DNA of 64,000 nt, from positions 1-64,000 of the forward strand of contig JAUCBJ010000795.1 in the NCBI GenBank assembly GCA_032718475.1. The letters run 5' to 3'. Positions 63,482 through 64,000 of this stretch are shown piece by piece. Below the pieces are notes generated by a model. That model was not told where the DNA came from and did not search any database. It saw only the letters and a list, made by a program, of their open reading frames with translations. The position numbers and the translations under genes are program-made. How positions within the stretch are numbered: position 1 is the stretch's first letter; the number at the start of each line of letters is the position of its first letter. This DNA comes from Nemertoderma westbladi (lineage: Eukaryota > Animalia > Xenacoelomorpha).

Positions 63482-64000
63482 ACGAGAGAAAGCCGCCCCA
63501 ATATTAGATTATAACAACAACATTTCCATTGGGTAAGAAAGTGGAGAAGAGCCAGGCCCGACTCTTAATTTTTTACTTTATATTATGCGCTCAATTTTCA
63601 CTCATCTCGTCATGAACACAACATGTATGTAAACTTTTTATAAATTTGTTGGCTATGCGTTTGCGGCTGTTTGGGCGGGGTGTGGTAGGCCTACACTTTT
63701 CACACTGAAACATTTTGGTTGTGAAATGTTCAGGGCACAGCGATCAGAGATATTTCATATACATTTTATTATGAGAGGAAGAAGAACATACAACGTTATT
63801 TACTATATTATATATAACGAAATAATTGTTTTCGGGTTTGGAAGCCTCCCCAAATAGTTGATATACGATTATATTTAAAATTATTTCCATGGTCATGGTC
63901 ATTCACCCGTCTTTAATTAGAAATTTGTTTGCATGAAAGACAGTTTAGTTTGGTTTTTACTGATTCATTATCTCTTATCTGACTGGGGTAATAATAAAGG

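Overview
Repeat-rich, AT-rich animal (probably invertebrate) nuclear DNA, not prokaryotic. The left 13.7 kb holds the first four coding exons of an ARID2/BAF200-like gene on the minus strand, which the ORF track does not show as a gene. Its introns contain a 5.6-kb G-rich 21/22-bp satellite, TIR elements and LINE fragments. The upstream 50 kb is a transposon field. It includes an intact two-ORF CR1-group LINE whose ORF2 starts with a PHD finger, a decayed L2, an intact Mag-like Ty3/Gypsy element, two RTE families, a CRE-like fragment, several MITEs and a 38-bp minisatellite. About 23 kb (31-54 kb) is a shuffled mosaic of locally copied modules joined by templated junctions. The most unusual object is a 384-bp insertion (26007-26390) flanked by a 14-bp target-site duplication (TSD). 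In it a minimal type I hammerhead ribozyme sits between tRNA-like A and B boxes, with an inverted copy alongside. All calls were made by eye with no database searches, and coordinates of decayed elements are approximate.
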